Source: Gordius albopunctatus
Taxonomy: Eukaryota
Direction of reading: 5' to 3'
Length of the DNA: 64,000 nt
NCBI GenBank assembly: GCA_964276515.1
Contig: OZ193909.1
Location: forward strand, 12,772,001-12,836,000
Every line of letters begins with the position of its first letter. Within the stretch, counting starts at the first letter, position 1. The translations under genes and the position numbers were made by a program. A model generated the notes under the pieces. That model had not been told where the DNA came from and ran no database searches. It worked only from the letters and a program-made list of their open reading frames with translations. Of the stretch, positions 27,661-40,857 are shown one piece after another.

Positions 27661-27999
27661 TACAAAGGCTTAAAAGTCAGACAATTATATAAATATATGA
27701 TTTTTATTAAATATATAGATTATTAATTGCTCTAATTTTTTAACCTCTAATTTTTGCATATCCTGTAGCATTCATTTCTTTTTCAAGCGCTAAATTTGAC
27801 TCTAAAACATTTTTATTTTGTTTGCTATAGATTTTCGTTTGCATAATTTAAGATTATAGCTTCGTATATTCTCTTATAATTAAGTTCAATTACTTAGTTA
27901 CAATGCACCAAAATTTAAATTTTTGTTTTTAATTTTATCATTACTGGTATAGTTATTAGGGCCATAAAATTTAATAAATATTTTTGTTTTTATCTAAAA

Positions 28000-28205
28000 C
28001 TAGCTGTGCCCGGCCAAGCGTTGCTTTGGCTCAGTCCTTAAGTGGTTAAATAAGTATAACCTATTAATAAGACTTATCTAAAATAGGGTCATATATGAAA
28101 TAATAATTCAAATAAATAAAAAATCCATATTATTTATTTAGAGCACGAATTTTATCACGTCATGCATTTTATGAACCAACTATTTTTAGTATATATATAA
28201 TAAGA
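28000..28205 (-). mobile_element. Short non-autonomous Helitron or Helitron 3' end
   Basis: 28000-28090 is the reverse complement of the 3' end of the Helitron at ~39165-39254 (hairpin + CTAG). A possible TC 5' end lies at 28205. Confidence 0.7.
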
Positions 28206-28548
28206 CAAACCAAATGCGAATTCTGTTTTAGTCATCAAATCCGACTAAAATTAAATGTTTTTGAAAAAATTGCTGATCAATGCTGTTACTTATTATACAA
28301 TAATACCATTATTTTATTTTTCTAGTTAGCTGATTTATTTGAAATACAATTTTCTTTAATATAATAAAATAATTAATTGAAGGATGGATAATTATTAAAA
28401 ATATGCTTCCATGATCGACCACGTGATAATAATCTAAATATTATTTATTTAATTTAAATAGTTTGTTAAACCCCAATAATTTTGACCGTATACTGTAACA
28501 TTTTTATTATACTTTTAAATATCTAATTCGAGAAAACTTCAGCCTTGT

Positions 28549-29366
28549 ATGTATGAGTCCGTTTTACACCACCGCGTTCAGCAAACATCAAACAACGGGT
28601 CCCTACCGATTTTTTTTCCCACCACGTACGTTTTTATAAGGACAGATAAAGTACGCAAAAGCTTGTCTCCACCTTACGAAGGACCGTTTAAAGTATTAGA
28701 GAGGCATACTAAGTACTTTCTGATAGACAAAAAAGGTAAAAGGGATAAAATATCGATCGACCGCCTAAAGCCAGCTTATGTCGAATCTGTGAACTTGGAA
28801 AAATTATCAACAAAAGGCCCAAACATAAGACCTCAACCTTCCACCTACCCCTCAACTTCTTCCTCAAACAACACTGACTCAAATTACAAAACCACCAAAT
28901 CAGGACGCAGAGTCCACTGGCCAGCTAAATTAACTGAGTACCTTTTTTATTAGCACTCCATGCAATTAGAGGGGGATTTATATGGCGCCTTTCAAATTGC
29001 CATAATTTGAATACACATAATTTACGTGAATTATTATTCACCCGCGTAATTACACAATGTAAATACTTTATCTCAATTTGAATATATGGCGCCTCTCAAA
29101 TCGTTATAATTTGAATACACAAAAATACTTAAGTTATTATTCACCCACATAATTACATAATGAAATACATTATATCAATTTGAATATATGAAAATATTTA
29201 TACATTATGCATATTAATCTCACCTTAAATGGTGTATATATACACGTTAATTCATATAGAATTATTCTCTTGTAATTTTTTACTTTCAGTATTAATAAAT
29301 GTGGTTGGCCTTATATTTTACCCTTGTTTTACCCCTATTTAGTAATTAGTGTATCAATCTTACACT
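28549..29366 (+). mobile_element. Gypsy 3' fragment: integrase C-terminus, PPT and 3' LTR
   Basis: [27 protein letters not shown] motifs; PPT agaggggga at ~28969; the LTR has an internal tandem duplication. Confidence 0.75.
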
Positions 29367-29399
29367 TGCATAATTTTGTATTTTATTTACAGGGGCTAG

Positions 29400-30270
29400 T
29401 GCCGCTACAGAGGCTTTAACTCTGTATACTCTACAAAACACTGTTCATGTGTTTATAGATACTAATGAATGGATCCTCATGGAGAAATTGATGTTGGCCT
29501 TGGAACCTTTCTTTAGAGTTACAAAGGAATTGAGTTACACCAATTGTTTAATAAGTGTGACTATACCTTTTGTTGAAATTTTAAAGAAAGAATTAGCTAC
29601 ATATGATAATATTTCTGATATGTGTTTAAAATAATTTAAAACAACCATGACAAATGAATTATTTGAAAGGTAATTTATATATTTACCAAGGAGTTGTAAT
29701 AGCTTATTTATAATTAGGTTTTCATACATATACCAAAATGACAATTTTGTCATAGCAACAATTTTGGATCCAAGATTTAAAAACTTTTCTTGTCTGGATA
29801 TGTTGAGTATAGATCACGGTTAGTTAAAGCATATAAGGATATTGAAAGTAATGTGCCGTCCTCATCTACACAACCTATTTTGCCAGGTAAGGTATATAAT
29901 TGTACTTCTAAAAAAAACAAAGAAATATAATATATGGGATACATATAAGGAAACAGTGGATTCAATGGCTGGAACTATTGATACAAACATCATCCAAGGT
30001 ATATTTACTTAGCTAATATTAATTTTCATTTTAAGGTGATCCGTGTTTATTGGAATTAGACTAATATCTCAAAATACCAATTTACAAGGGTAATAGAATC
30101 ATAAACAAAACATCAATGGGATCATATGTAAACCCATTAGAATATTGGGCAACAAATAGTTCCGATTTGCCGATATTAGCAACACTGGCCAGATAATATC
30201 TGTCGTCACCCGCCACATCTATCCCTTCTGAATCTATTTTTAGTATAACTGTTGATATTTATAGTCCACA
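29400..30270 (+). pseudogene. hAT/ZBED transposase remnant
   Basis: LEPFFRVTKELS, ATILDPRFK and the dimerisation motif PLEYW..LA..YLSSPATSIPSE.IFS, with stops. Confidence 0.75.
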
Positions 30271-32533
30271 TTGAAGATCTCTCATATTAATCACCTCCGT
30301 CAGGTATTCACACGGCTAAAACAATATGACTTAAAAATCAACACTAGCAAATGTCAATGGGGGCTAAGTACTGTAGATTTTTTCGGGCATAAGGTTTCTC
30401 CGACAGGCTTAACTCCACTACCAGAGAAAGTTAAAACGATAAAAAAAATTATATTCCTAGATCTATGATGCAACTTAGAAGGTTTATAGGCATGTTAAAT
30501 TTTTATCGGCGTTTCATTCTCCAGTGTGCTCACCTCATCAAGCCCCTAACCGACTTACTGCACGATAAAAAAGGGCCAATCGTCATGAAGAAAGACTCTA
30601 TAGACGCTTTTGAGAAAGCGAAAGGAGCTCTTGCCGACGTTACGCATTTGGCACACCTTGAGGAGGGCGCAACTCTTTCTTTGACAACGGACGCTTCAAA
30701 CTCAGCTGTCGGAGCCATCCTCAATCAAATGAAATGTGGCAAAACTAGCCCTATATAGCTTTTTATTTGCAAAAACTTACGCCGGGACAAGACCGTTACA
30801 GTACTTTTAAACGAGAGCTACTCGCCATTTATTTATCAATTAAACATTTTAGGCATCAGCTTGAAGGTCGTGACTTTGCAGTTTATACTGACCATAAGCC
30901 TTTGACCCATGCCTTGTTTTCCAGACCTGACAAGTATTCCCCCCGAAAAACTAGACATCTAGATTACATATCGCAATTTACGTCAGATATTAGGTTTATT
31001 AGTGGCCATACTAATATTGTAGCCGACACGTTGTCCCGCGTGGACATAGACAGCATTCACCTCAAAAGTTTATCTTCAGAGTAGATAGCTAGATTGGAAT
31101 TTTACAGCCCCGACCAGCTTTCGTCGCTTAAAGTTTCCGATTTCCCTATTCCAGGTTCAAATTTGACGATTAAATGTGACACCTCTTGCGCCACACCACG
31201 CCCGGTTATACCTACTTCAATGACGCGAAAGGTGTTCGACCTCATACATAACCTCGCTCATCCCGGAATCCGTGGAACCCTTAAGCTGGTGGCTAAACGA
31301 TTCGTATGGCCACAGATGAATAAAGACATATCAAAAGTGTAAGGTCAACAAACGCACTATCACAACCCCTAGTAGTTTTGCCGATCCGGATGCACGATTC
31401 AGCCATGTTCATCTTTATTTGGTTGGCCCCTTACCACCTGCTAACGGGTATACTACTTGCTTACTGCTGTCGACAGATTTAACCCGTTGGCCAATTGCAG
31501 TGCCCATATCTAGAATTGCTGCTGAACATGTGGCCCAAGAGTTTGTTAAACACTGGATATCAAATTATGGAGTTCCAGTAACGATTACTACTGATAGGGG
31601 GGGGGGTGCAATTTGAGTCTAGACTTTTTTCCGAGTTGGCGTGTCTTTTGGGTTTTCATCACAGTAGGACTACAGCTTATCACCCACAATCTAATGGAAT
31701 GGTCGAACGTTTTCATAGGCAGCTTAATGTAGCCTTAAAAGCCCAAGGCGATATTCCACTGGTTATTTTAGGAATTAGGTCGGCTATCAAACAAGATATT
31801 GGTTGTTTAGAGGCTGAGCTGGTTTACGGGACAACGTTGCATCTTCCAGGCGAATTTTTCGAACGATAAAAAAAGGCCATCGATATTCCCGAATACATCA
31901 ATCGTCTTAAAAATCATTTTGCTCATCTACCATTTCATCGAACTCGCCCTCAGGCTATCACTCCAAATTTATCTAATGCCTTAAAAACAAGTAATTTCGT
32001 TTTTATATGCAACGATGATTGCGTTCATGGGCCCTTCAAGGTGCTTAAGAGGTATGATAGATATTATGTAGCGGAGAAAAACGGTAAGGCTGATACCATT
32101 TCAATCGACAGGATAAAGCCAGCACATTTAGATTCCGATTCGGACATTAGTTCATCATCATCTACGGCGCAAACGGGCAAGGCGGAAGCTGTTTCAGCCG
32201 GCATATCTAAATCGCCAGGTTCGGTTCCTAATTCAGACATTAGTTCATTAAAACCCCCCGACAAATTAATTACACTAGTAAAAGTGGTCGGAACGTTCAT
32301 TGGCAAACGAAGCTATCCGAGTTCATCTAAAACTCCGTATTTAGGAAGGGGAGTAATGTGGTGAGCTGCGTCGTTTATATATGTATATTCGCGTCATTTA
32401 TTATGTAACATCTATATTCCTTGTGCCACACGTTGTATCACCAGCTGTTTTTACCGTTACATTCATTACTTGCTTTCCACTTTCTCATTTTGAATAACGT
32501 GTTTTATCTCAACATCATTATTTAAACACTACA
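30271..32533 (+). mobile_element. Degenerate Gypsy pol (RT end, RNase H, integrase) with PPT and 3' LTR (32357-32533)
   Basis: TDAS, RELLA, TDHKPL, HPG and YHPQSNGMVER motifs in broken ORFs; PPT aggaaggggag; LTR TG...CA. Confidence 0.85.
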
Positions 32534-32737
32534 TATCACAATTATTATCACATTATATTCTCATAGCTCTCATATCGTGAATATTCTATAATTCCATTAT
32601 ATTAATTATAATAAATCATTGCTGCCCGTAATTAATGACTAAAATAGGACAACGTTCCCCAAAATGTGTAATTTTTTAACAAATCAAATATAAAATTTAA
32701 TTGTAAAAGATTCAAATAAATAAATAGTTTTACCTTA

Positions 32738-34189
32738 CGACGGTCTCAAGTCCGTGTGCAAAATATAGAGGGTTTGCGTCAGGTCGGAAACCGGCTATAA
32801 AAATCAACTCCAAAGTTATTATAGTTTCAAACAAGATTTTACAAGAAAAGGTTAGGGCGTCCTCACAAACGACGCGCACTGCATACCCCGCCTGTGCAAT
32901 GTGAATAATACACTAGGGTTACTGACTAACTCACAACGAAAGCGGTTAAGGAAACTAGTTGTGGAAAGAATGCGAATTACGTGCTGGAATGTGGGAACGT
33001 TGACGGGGAAGAGCATCGAGGTCGCACAGATGCTAAAAAGAAGAAAGGTACACATCGCCTGCCTACAAGAGACGAGGTGGAACGGAACGAAAGCTCGGGA
33101 ATTGGAGAAGGATAGAAGCTTTTCTGCAGTGGGTCACCAAATCGTAGAAACGGGGTGGGTATCGTTCTAAGCGAATCGTTCAAGGACAAGGTGGTGGAAG
33201 TCAAGCGTTGTTCTGACAGGCTAATCTGGGTGAAGATTGCAGATCAAGGAGGCCTCATAACCGTTAAGTGCCCGTATGCTCCCTAAATTGGATGTTTGGA
33301 ATCAGAGAAAGACATATTCTTCGATTCATTGGAAAAAGAAATACAAGGAATAGGACAGGAAGAAAGGCTAATTATTGGGGCAGATTTCAACGCTCACGTT
33401 GGGAAAGATCGCCTCGGGTATGAACGCGATCATGGAGACTATGGGCATGGTCTGAAGAACAAAGAAGTGGAAAAACTTCTCCAAGTATCCCAAGCATATG
33501 ACATGGCGATTGTTAACACATATTTTGAAAAGCGCGAAGATCATATTGTGACCTATAGAAGTGGGAAGCATTTTAGTCAAATCGACTATTTGCTTATACG
33601 GCGAAAGGACTTATGAAGTATTAAGGATTGCAAAGTAATACCGGGAGAAGATACGTCGACGAACAAAGAATACCATAAAAAAGCCTCCTCACTCATGGGT
33701 GTAAGGAAGTTGCAAAGGCACGTAGATGGCGATTGGGAGACGCTATATAAGGACATTAAGGAAACAGCGATTCGTGTTGTAGGAAAGACCAAAGGAGGCA
33801 AAGCTATGAATATGGAACTATGGTGGTGGGATCAATCGGCTAAAGATTTCATCGAAAGAAATAAAAATCTATATAGACGTTGGCATAAATCAAAAAAGTC
33901 GGAGAATTATCAAGAGTACAGGTACGCAAAGAGGGCCGCAAAAAAAGCCGTTGCAAAAGCGAAGAATGTCGCGTACACCGAGATAGAAACAAACAAACTG
34001 AATCATAAAGGGGGCGATAGGCTTATGTACAAATTGGCCAAGATAAGGGAGAAGAAAAGTCGCGATGTCGGACTTCTTAAAATAGTCAAAAGCGAGAAGG
34101 GTCAAACCTTATTCAAGCCGAAGGAAGTTATGGAAAGGTGGAAAGGATATTTTAAGAAACTTATGAATATAGGTCGGTTGGAGTCATGA
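32738..34189 (+). mobile_element. Second RTE LINE copy: 5' part only (leader + APE), disrupted
   Basis: Homologous to ~20950-22465 (WNVGTLTGKS, LQETRW, GADFN), with frameshifts and stops. Confidence 0.88.
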
Positions 34190-34621
34190 GAACCCCAAGC
34201 CATTTGAAAATGCTGTAAAAATAAGATAAGTGAATATTATAACTTCATTTTTCCAGTAGCTTATAAGGGGACATGGGGGGGGATTTAAATATACGGATAC
34301 GACAGGGGTATACGACATCTGTATATACGACAAACTCAATGCTATTATAGGCATGTTGTATTTGTTAGATATGTACAATAAAATTAGACCTTATAATTGA
34401 TTTTTTATTGGTAAAAATTGAATCATTAAAACCTCAATGACCTATGGAGCAGAGATGGCTTAATTTAGAGCAACAATGTCACATTTGTATATATTTTTTA
34501 AAATTATTAAATCTCTAAATAACCTTAATTAGTATTCTTTACCTTTCAAATTATATTACTTGAGTTAAAGTTACCTGATTTAAGAATTTTATCTAAATAA
34601 ATCAGAATTTGTGACTATAAA

Positions 34622-37600
34622 TCTATATATATATAAATCTAAGTACCTTTTTTTGAACGCTAATAACTTAGAGTTCTCAACCGATTGCCACCAAATTTGA
34701 CCAGATTATTGCCTTAGCATTGTAGAAGGTTTATAGATACTTTTTATCAACCTGCGACAGCAGGAACCATGTTTTTTGGTAGTCTATACTGCCATCTAGC
34801 GGATTGTTCATACTACGTTTTTTGTACCTATTTATCGTTATGGTGCTACCAATTACCTTAAACTTTTTTCCACTATTGCTTTATCTTATTTTTCTCAATT
34901 TTTACTCAACTAAGCCCGTTTTTTTACAATATATAAAGCTGTAACAAATAAATATTTTTGATACCGTAAAACATCACTATTTTCTTAAATAAATATAACG
35001 GGCGCTTTTAGAAACATTTTCACGTTTTCTGCTTTTTTCCTATTTTTATGAAGTTCGATTATTAATAATAAAAGTACAAAAAGATTACTTTAACGGTAAG
35101 TTGTTAAATGCAGGCAATGGTTACCCGACAAACTTGAAATGCAGTTATATGATTATTCATAGAGAATGATGCTTCGAGAGCACCAGGATTCCATATATTT
35201 AATATAATTACACATTCCCACGTTTGTGATATGTGACAGGATAAGGTAAGTTCATCATATTTAAAATCCATATATTTAATATAATTAATGTAATATTTGC
35301 ACATTCCCACGTTTGTGATATGTGACAGGATAAGGTAAGTTCATCATATTTAAAATCCATATATTTAATATAATTAATGTAATATTTGCACATTCCCACG
35401 TTTGTGATATGTGACAGGATAAGGTAAGTTCATCATATTTAAAATCCATATATTTAATATAATTAAAGTAATATTTGCACATTCCCACGTTTATGATCTG
35501 TGACAGGAATCCATATATTTAATATAATTAAAGTAATATTTGCACATTCCCACGTTTGTGATCTGTGACAGGATAAGGTAAGTTCATCATATTTAAAATC
35601 CATATTTTCATAGCAATGCATTGCTATCTTAAATGCTAATTTCATGTTTATATCTTTTAAATTGTTATCTTTAAACTTTATTAAAGTGTATGTTTCCCTA
35701 GAGATTTAGAGTCTTTTAACAATAAATTTAATATTAATTTAATCAAGCAATAAATAATTACAATTTTAGGAAAGTTCATCATATTTAAAATCCATATATT
35801 TAATATAATTTAATTTTCATAGCAATGCAATGCTATCTTAAATGCTAATTTCATGTTTATATCTTTTAAATTGTTATCTTTAAACTTTATTAAAGTGTAT
35901 GACTACATTTTTACTTTAATAATTTTTTAGCATACAAAGTTTCATTTAACAAAAACAAGTTTTACTTTAAAAAAAAATTCGACCTATTTATGTATTTTTA
36001 ATTTTCTTGGTATATCGACTTTAGATTCATGCGCCCCAAGAAAACATCTATTGGACGTAGTACACGAAATGCGGATCGATTGCGTCGATTGCGTACTCTT
36101 GAGCTTGAAAATGAACTAAAACAGTCTGCAACTCTGCCTCAGCCACCTTCACGTGCTCAGCCATTACCCGCAGGCGACCGCCTAGCATTTTCTTACCCAT
36201 CTAATATTGAAAGTTTAAGTCGCCATGTTCTCATTGGTACTATGTCTATTGTGTGTCCTCATTGCAATGCCTTGAAATTTGCTGGAGAAACCACTGGAAT
36301 GTGTTGCGCAGCCGGGAAAATTAAACTGCCTCACCTTGCAGAACCGCCTGAGCCATTACAAACATTGCTGGCTGGTTATACAACTGATTCTAAACATTTT
36401 CTATCTAACATCAGGAAATACAACTCCTGTTTCCAAATGACTTCGTTTGGCGCTGATGTTGTAACCACACAATTCATGCCTACATTCAAGGTAAAAGGCC
36501 AAATTTATCATAAAGCCGGCTCCCTCCTTCCATTACTAGAAGGGTAACATAAGTTCCTATAACTATATTTTATCGGAGATGATGAGATAGAATTAGGTGC
36601 ACGCCTCGACATTTTTAGCGGTTTAAAAAGATCCATCGTTTCACAACTTCAGTTGCTGCTTCATGCTAATAATAATTTAGTGCGTTTATTCAAAACTGCA
36701 CTGGACATAATGCCTTCAGATACCCACAAAATAGTCATTCATGCTGACAAAACTCCTCCGGGAGAACATGGGAGAAGATTTAATGCCCCAACTATACATG
36801 AAGTCGCCATCGTTATAGTTGGGGATCAATTTCAATCTAGAGACATTGTGCTTCATAGGAGAAACAATGCTTTGACACAAGTTGCTGACACTCATCGCTG
36901 CTATGACCCCCTTCAATATCCAATTATATTTTGGGATGGTGCTGACGGATATCACTTTAACGTTAAGATGATAAATCCAATAAATGGCGAACCTACAAAC
37001 TCAAAATGCAGCGCTATGAACTATTATTCATACAGAATAATGATTCGAGCGGACCGGGACAATTTTATTTTAAAATTTAGGCAATTATTCCACCAATACA
37101 TCGTGGATATGTATGGAAAAATTGAATCGGAGCGTTTGCTATACATCCGCTTAAATCAGACTAAACTTCGCTCAGAAGAATATATCCATTTGCGAGATGC
37201 AGTTCGTAACGACTCTAATACCATTAACGTTGGGAGATTAACCATTTTGCCTTCATCTTATACAGGAAGTCCACGCCATATGCATGAATACGCTCAAGAT
37301 TCAATTGCGTATGTTTGTAAATACGGTCGTCCGGACCTATTTATAACTTTTACATGCAACCCAGCGTGGGACGACATAAAAGACCTTTTTTTCCTGGTCA
37401 ATTAACTCTCGATAGGCATGACATTACCCCCCGTGTTTTCCGGCAAAAACTTAAATCAATGCTTAATCTCATTGTTAAGCATGAGGTATTTGGGTCTGTG
37501 CGTTGCTGCAGTCGAATGGCAAAAGAGAGGTTTGCCTCATGCCCATATACTCATATGGCTATATAGCAAGATTACGTCAAACGTAATCGACGCTTTAATA

Positions 37601-39254
37601 TCTGCTGAAATTCCCGACCCCAACTTAGATAACGATTTGTACCAGATTGTTACAAAAAATATGATACACGGCCCTTGCGGAACACTTAATCCAAGATCGC
37701 CATGCATGATAGACGGCAAATGCTCAAAGCGATATCCACGAAGCTTAGTATGCAATACAATTACCGGCAACGATGGATACCCTTTGTACAAAAGAAGATC
37801 AATAGAAGATGGTGGTAACGTAGCAACCATCCCCATACGCAATGCAACGGTCGAGGTGGACAACCGATGGGTTGTTCCATAAAGTCATCTGCTCTTAAAA
37901 TTATACAAAGCTCATATCAACGTTGAGTATTGTAACTCCGTTAAATCCATCAAATATATTTGTAAATATGTAAACAAAGGCAGTGATATGGCAGTTTTCA
38001 CTGTTCAACCAGATAGCATAGTCCAATTAGGGAACCTTCACACCGATGAAATCGCACAGTATCAGGCTGGAAGATACATTAGCAGTAATGAATCTGTGTG
38101 GCGTATTCTATCCTTCCCCATACATGTCCGTAGTCCTGCTGTGGTTCACTTAGCCGTGCATCTAGAAAATGGGCAGCGAGTTTATTTTACAAATGCTAAT
38201 GTCCAACAAATCGCATTAAACCCCCCCCCCCCGACACAACGCTCACAGCTTTCTTCAAGCTATGCCAACATGATGTTTTTGCGCAGAAGCTGCTCTATTC
38301 AGAGGTACCTACTTACTACACATGGAATTCGCGTAGCAGATCGTTTTGCCGTCGCAAACGTGGAAAGTGTGTCGATGGACACCCTGACATATTCGAGGGT
38401 GATGCGATAGGCCGACTATACACTATCCATCCCAATCAAGATGAATGTTTCTTTCTTCGCATGCTTTTAATTAATGTACGTGGTCCTACATGTTTCCAAG
38501 AATTAAAAGTGGTCGACGGTGTTGTACATCCACTTTTCGTAGTGCATGCCAAGCTCTGCATCTATTAGAACACGATAATCATTGGGATGAATGCATCAGT
38601 GAGGCGTGTCATACTACAAATCCAAAACAAATCCGTGCATTATTTGCGATTATATTGACTTCATACTCTCCGTCAAATCCTAAATCTTTATGGGATAAAT
38701 ATAAAGCACACATGGCAGAAGATATTATCCATAGGAATAGTACTTCACATCCTATCATTAACATGCATCAGATGTCACATTATAATCCAACTTTAATTAT
38801 TCTTAAAGATTTATGCTTAAAAATCGGGAATAAAGTTTTAATACAATTGGGGATGCCTGCGCCTAATCGCTCTTCTGCCGCTCCATTACATGCATAATTC
38901 TACCGTGAACTTAATTATAACCAGGAAGATCTTTTGTTTTATGTGCGCTCTAATGTTCCAAGGCTAACACTCCAACAAAAAGCCATTTATGATACAATAT
39001 TATTAGCTGTTAATAAAGGTTCTGGAGATATTTTTTTCTTAGATGCTCCTGGCGGAACTGGTAAAACAATTTTACTGACTTTACTTCTTGCAACTGTTCG
39101 ATCCCAAAATGAAATAGCCGTTGCTCTTGCATCTTCCGGAATAGCTGCGATATTGTTGCCTGGTATCCCATTTTAGATCAGTCTTATTAATAGGTTATAC
39201 TTATTTAACCACTTAAGGACTGAGCCAAAGCAACGCTTGGCCGGGCACAGCTAG
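34622..39254 (+). mobile_element. Helitron with pseudogenised Rep/helicase (36029-39176), helicase truncated
   Basis: 5' A|TC end, 3' hairpin + CTAG|T; Rep motifs FITFTCNP, EWQKRGLPHAH and KYICKY; helicase motif APGGTGKT. Confidence 0.92.
35190..35605. repeat. 89-bp minisatellite (~4.5 units) inside the Helitron
   Basis: cacattcccacgtttgtgat... recurs at 35211, 35300, 35389, 35478 and 35543. Confidence 0.92.
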
Positions 39255-39964
39255 TATACATATAAAAAATTTATGTAACTATTTTTATAGCCTTATAAAA
39301 TTTCCTATATAAAATTTTTCATTTAAATATTTTCCGTAATCTTAATTTTTATCTTTTATTTGTATCTATATAAAAAATTTAGAAAATAACATTTAAATTT
39401 ATAACAATATGAGTTGAGACCAATACTAACTTTTTTGCCTTAAAAAAGGCCAAAATTGCCTAAGTTTGAACATCTCTATTTTTTTTTGTTTTTATGATAT
39501 TTTTTACCAAACTTTCCATGTTTATAGTTTAACTTTCTTTTATATGATTTTATTGTGCTGGAAACATGGTTTACAGTAAGTAAAATTTAATGATATCAGT
39601 ATTACATTTACATTAATTATGTGTGTAGAAAATTAGGGATAAAAGTATGTGTTGCTTAATTTATAGAGAGCATTGCTTATTATGAACATGATTAATAATT
39701 TCATTATAGGCTTTACATTCATTATGGGTAATAGTAAAGAAAAAGTAATTGCATAAATATATTTAATAAGAAAAGGTTATTAACATTTGGCATAGAAATT
39801 AGAAGGTTGAAATTTCTAGAATCATCTGAACGCATAAGTGTGTGTATGTGATGCATATAGTCTGTTTTATCTATGATTTTGTAATTATTGATATGACTTG
39901 TGTTAATCAAATATCTCTATTTGATCATATCTCTTTTTATTATAAATTACACTATTAAATATTG

Positions 39965-40215
39965 TTTTTTAAAGTAAGAATTTACTTTATTAAATACTAA
40001 TAAAAAGGGAAACGAAAAGAGTTCGTAAGTTCTTAAGTGTTTTAAGCTCCTTTATATAATCGCTGATTGATTGAATACATTAAAACAATTAACATTTAGT
40101 GTTGAATCCGCGAGGTATGTTTGATTGGTTAATTAGCGTGGCGAAGTAGTAAGGTAATGTAAATGAATCAATTAACGTCGCGAAGCTAAGGTCATGTAAG
40201 TGAGTCAATTAAGTT
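39965..40215 (-). mobile_element. Diverged solo-LTR-like sequence (same subfamily as 4140-4380)
   Basis: Reverse-complement similarity to 4140-4380 and to the Gypsy LTRs. Confidence 0.5.
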
Positions 40216-40857
40216 TCAAATTAATTAAGGCAATATATGCAATCCTACAGTTTAATAACTTTTATATTTAAACTTTTAATATCATTCTTTTGTAGACTGA
40301 ATCCAAGATTTATTTTATGCCTACAAAATGTAAAATGAGTAAAAATATACAAAAACTGTTATCCCTTCTAGGGCATTGTTTACTGATACGTGTGTATAGC
40401 AATAATAAAATTAAGTGGAACAAATCCGTACTGGAAATTAAAATAAAATGGAAAGTACAAGTACCCATCTAAAGTAGTAAGGCCAGGATGGGGAGATTGT
40501 GTAGACATAAATAGTATTAAAATCAGTACCGCAGATGTTATATCTATTCTACGTTTTTAAATATACGAGCTATAATAATTAACGCGTGTAAGATCAAAAA
40601 AGGGTATCCGCGATAAGTGGAACGCGGGGGGGGGGGGTGTATGCTCTACGCAGTTTTACAACCTTTGTTAATATAAGTACGGGTAGGGGTTTTTTATCGA
40701 ATACGTACGGTATTAAAACGCTTGTTTATAGCAGCGCGGTGGGGGGTTCAGGTAGGAGAGAACCGTAACTTTTGTGAGGACACGACACATTCATTTATAG
40801 CAATCCTTAATTACTTATATTTGTTTATTTATAATGCTATATATCGCACTTTGCACT

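Noticed and set aside
35104..35645. Repeated short ORFs (MGMCKYY...) or a CRISPR-like array
   Set aside because: These are by-products of the 89-bp tandem repeat. There are no unique spacers or cas genes, and the context is eukaryotic.
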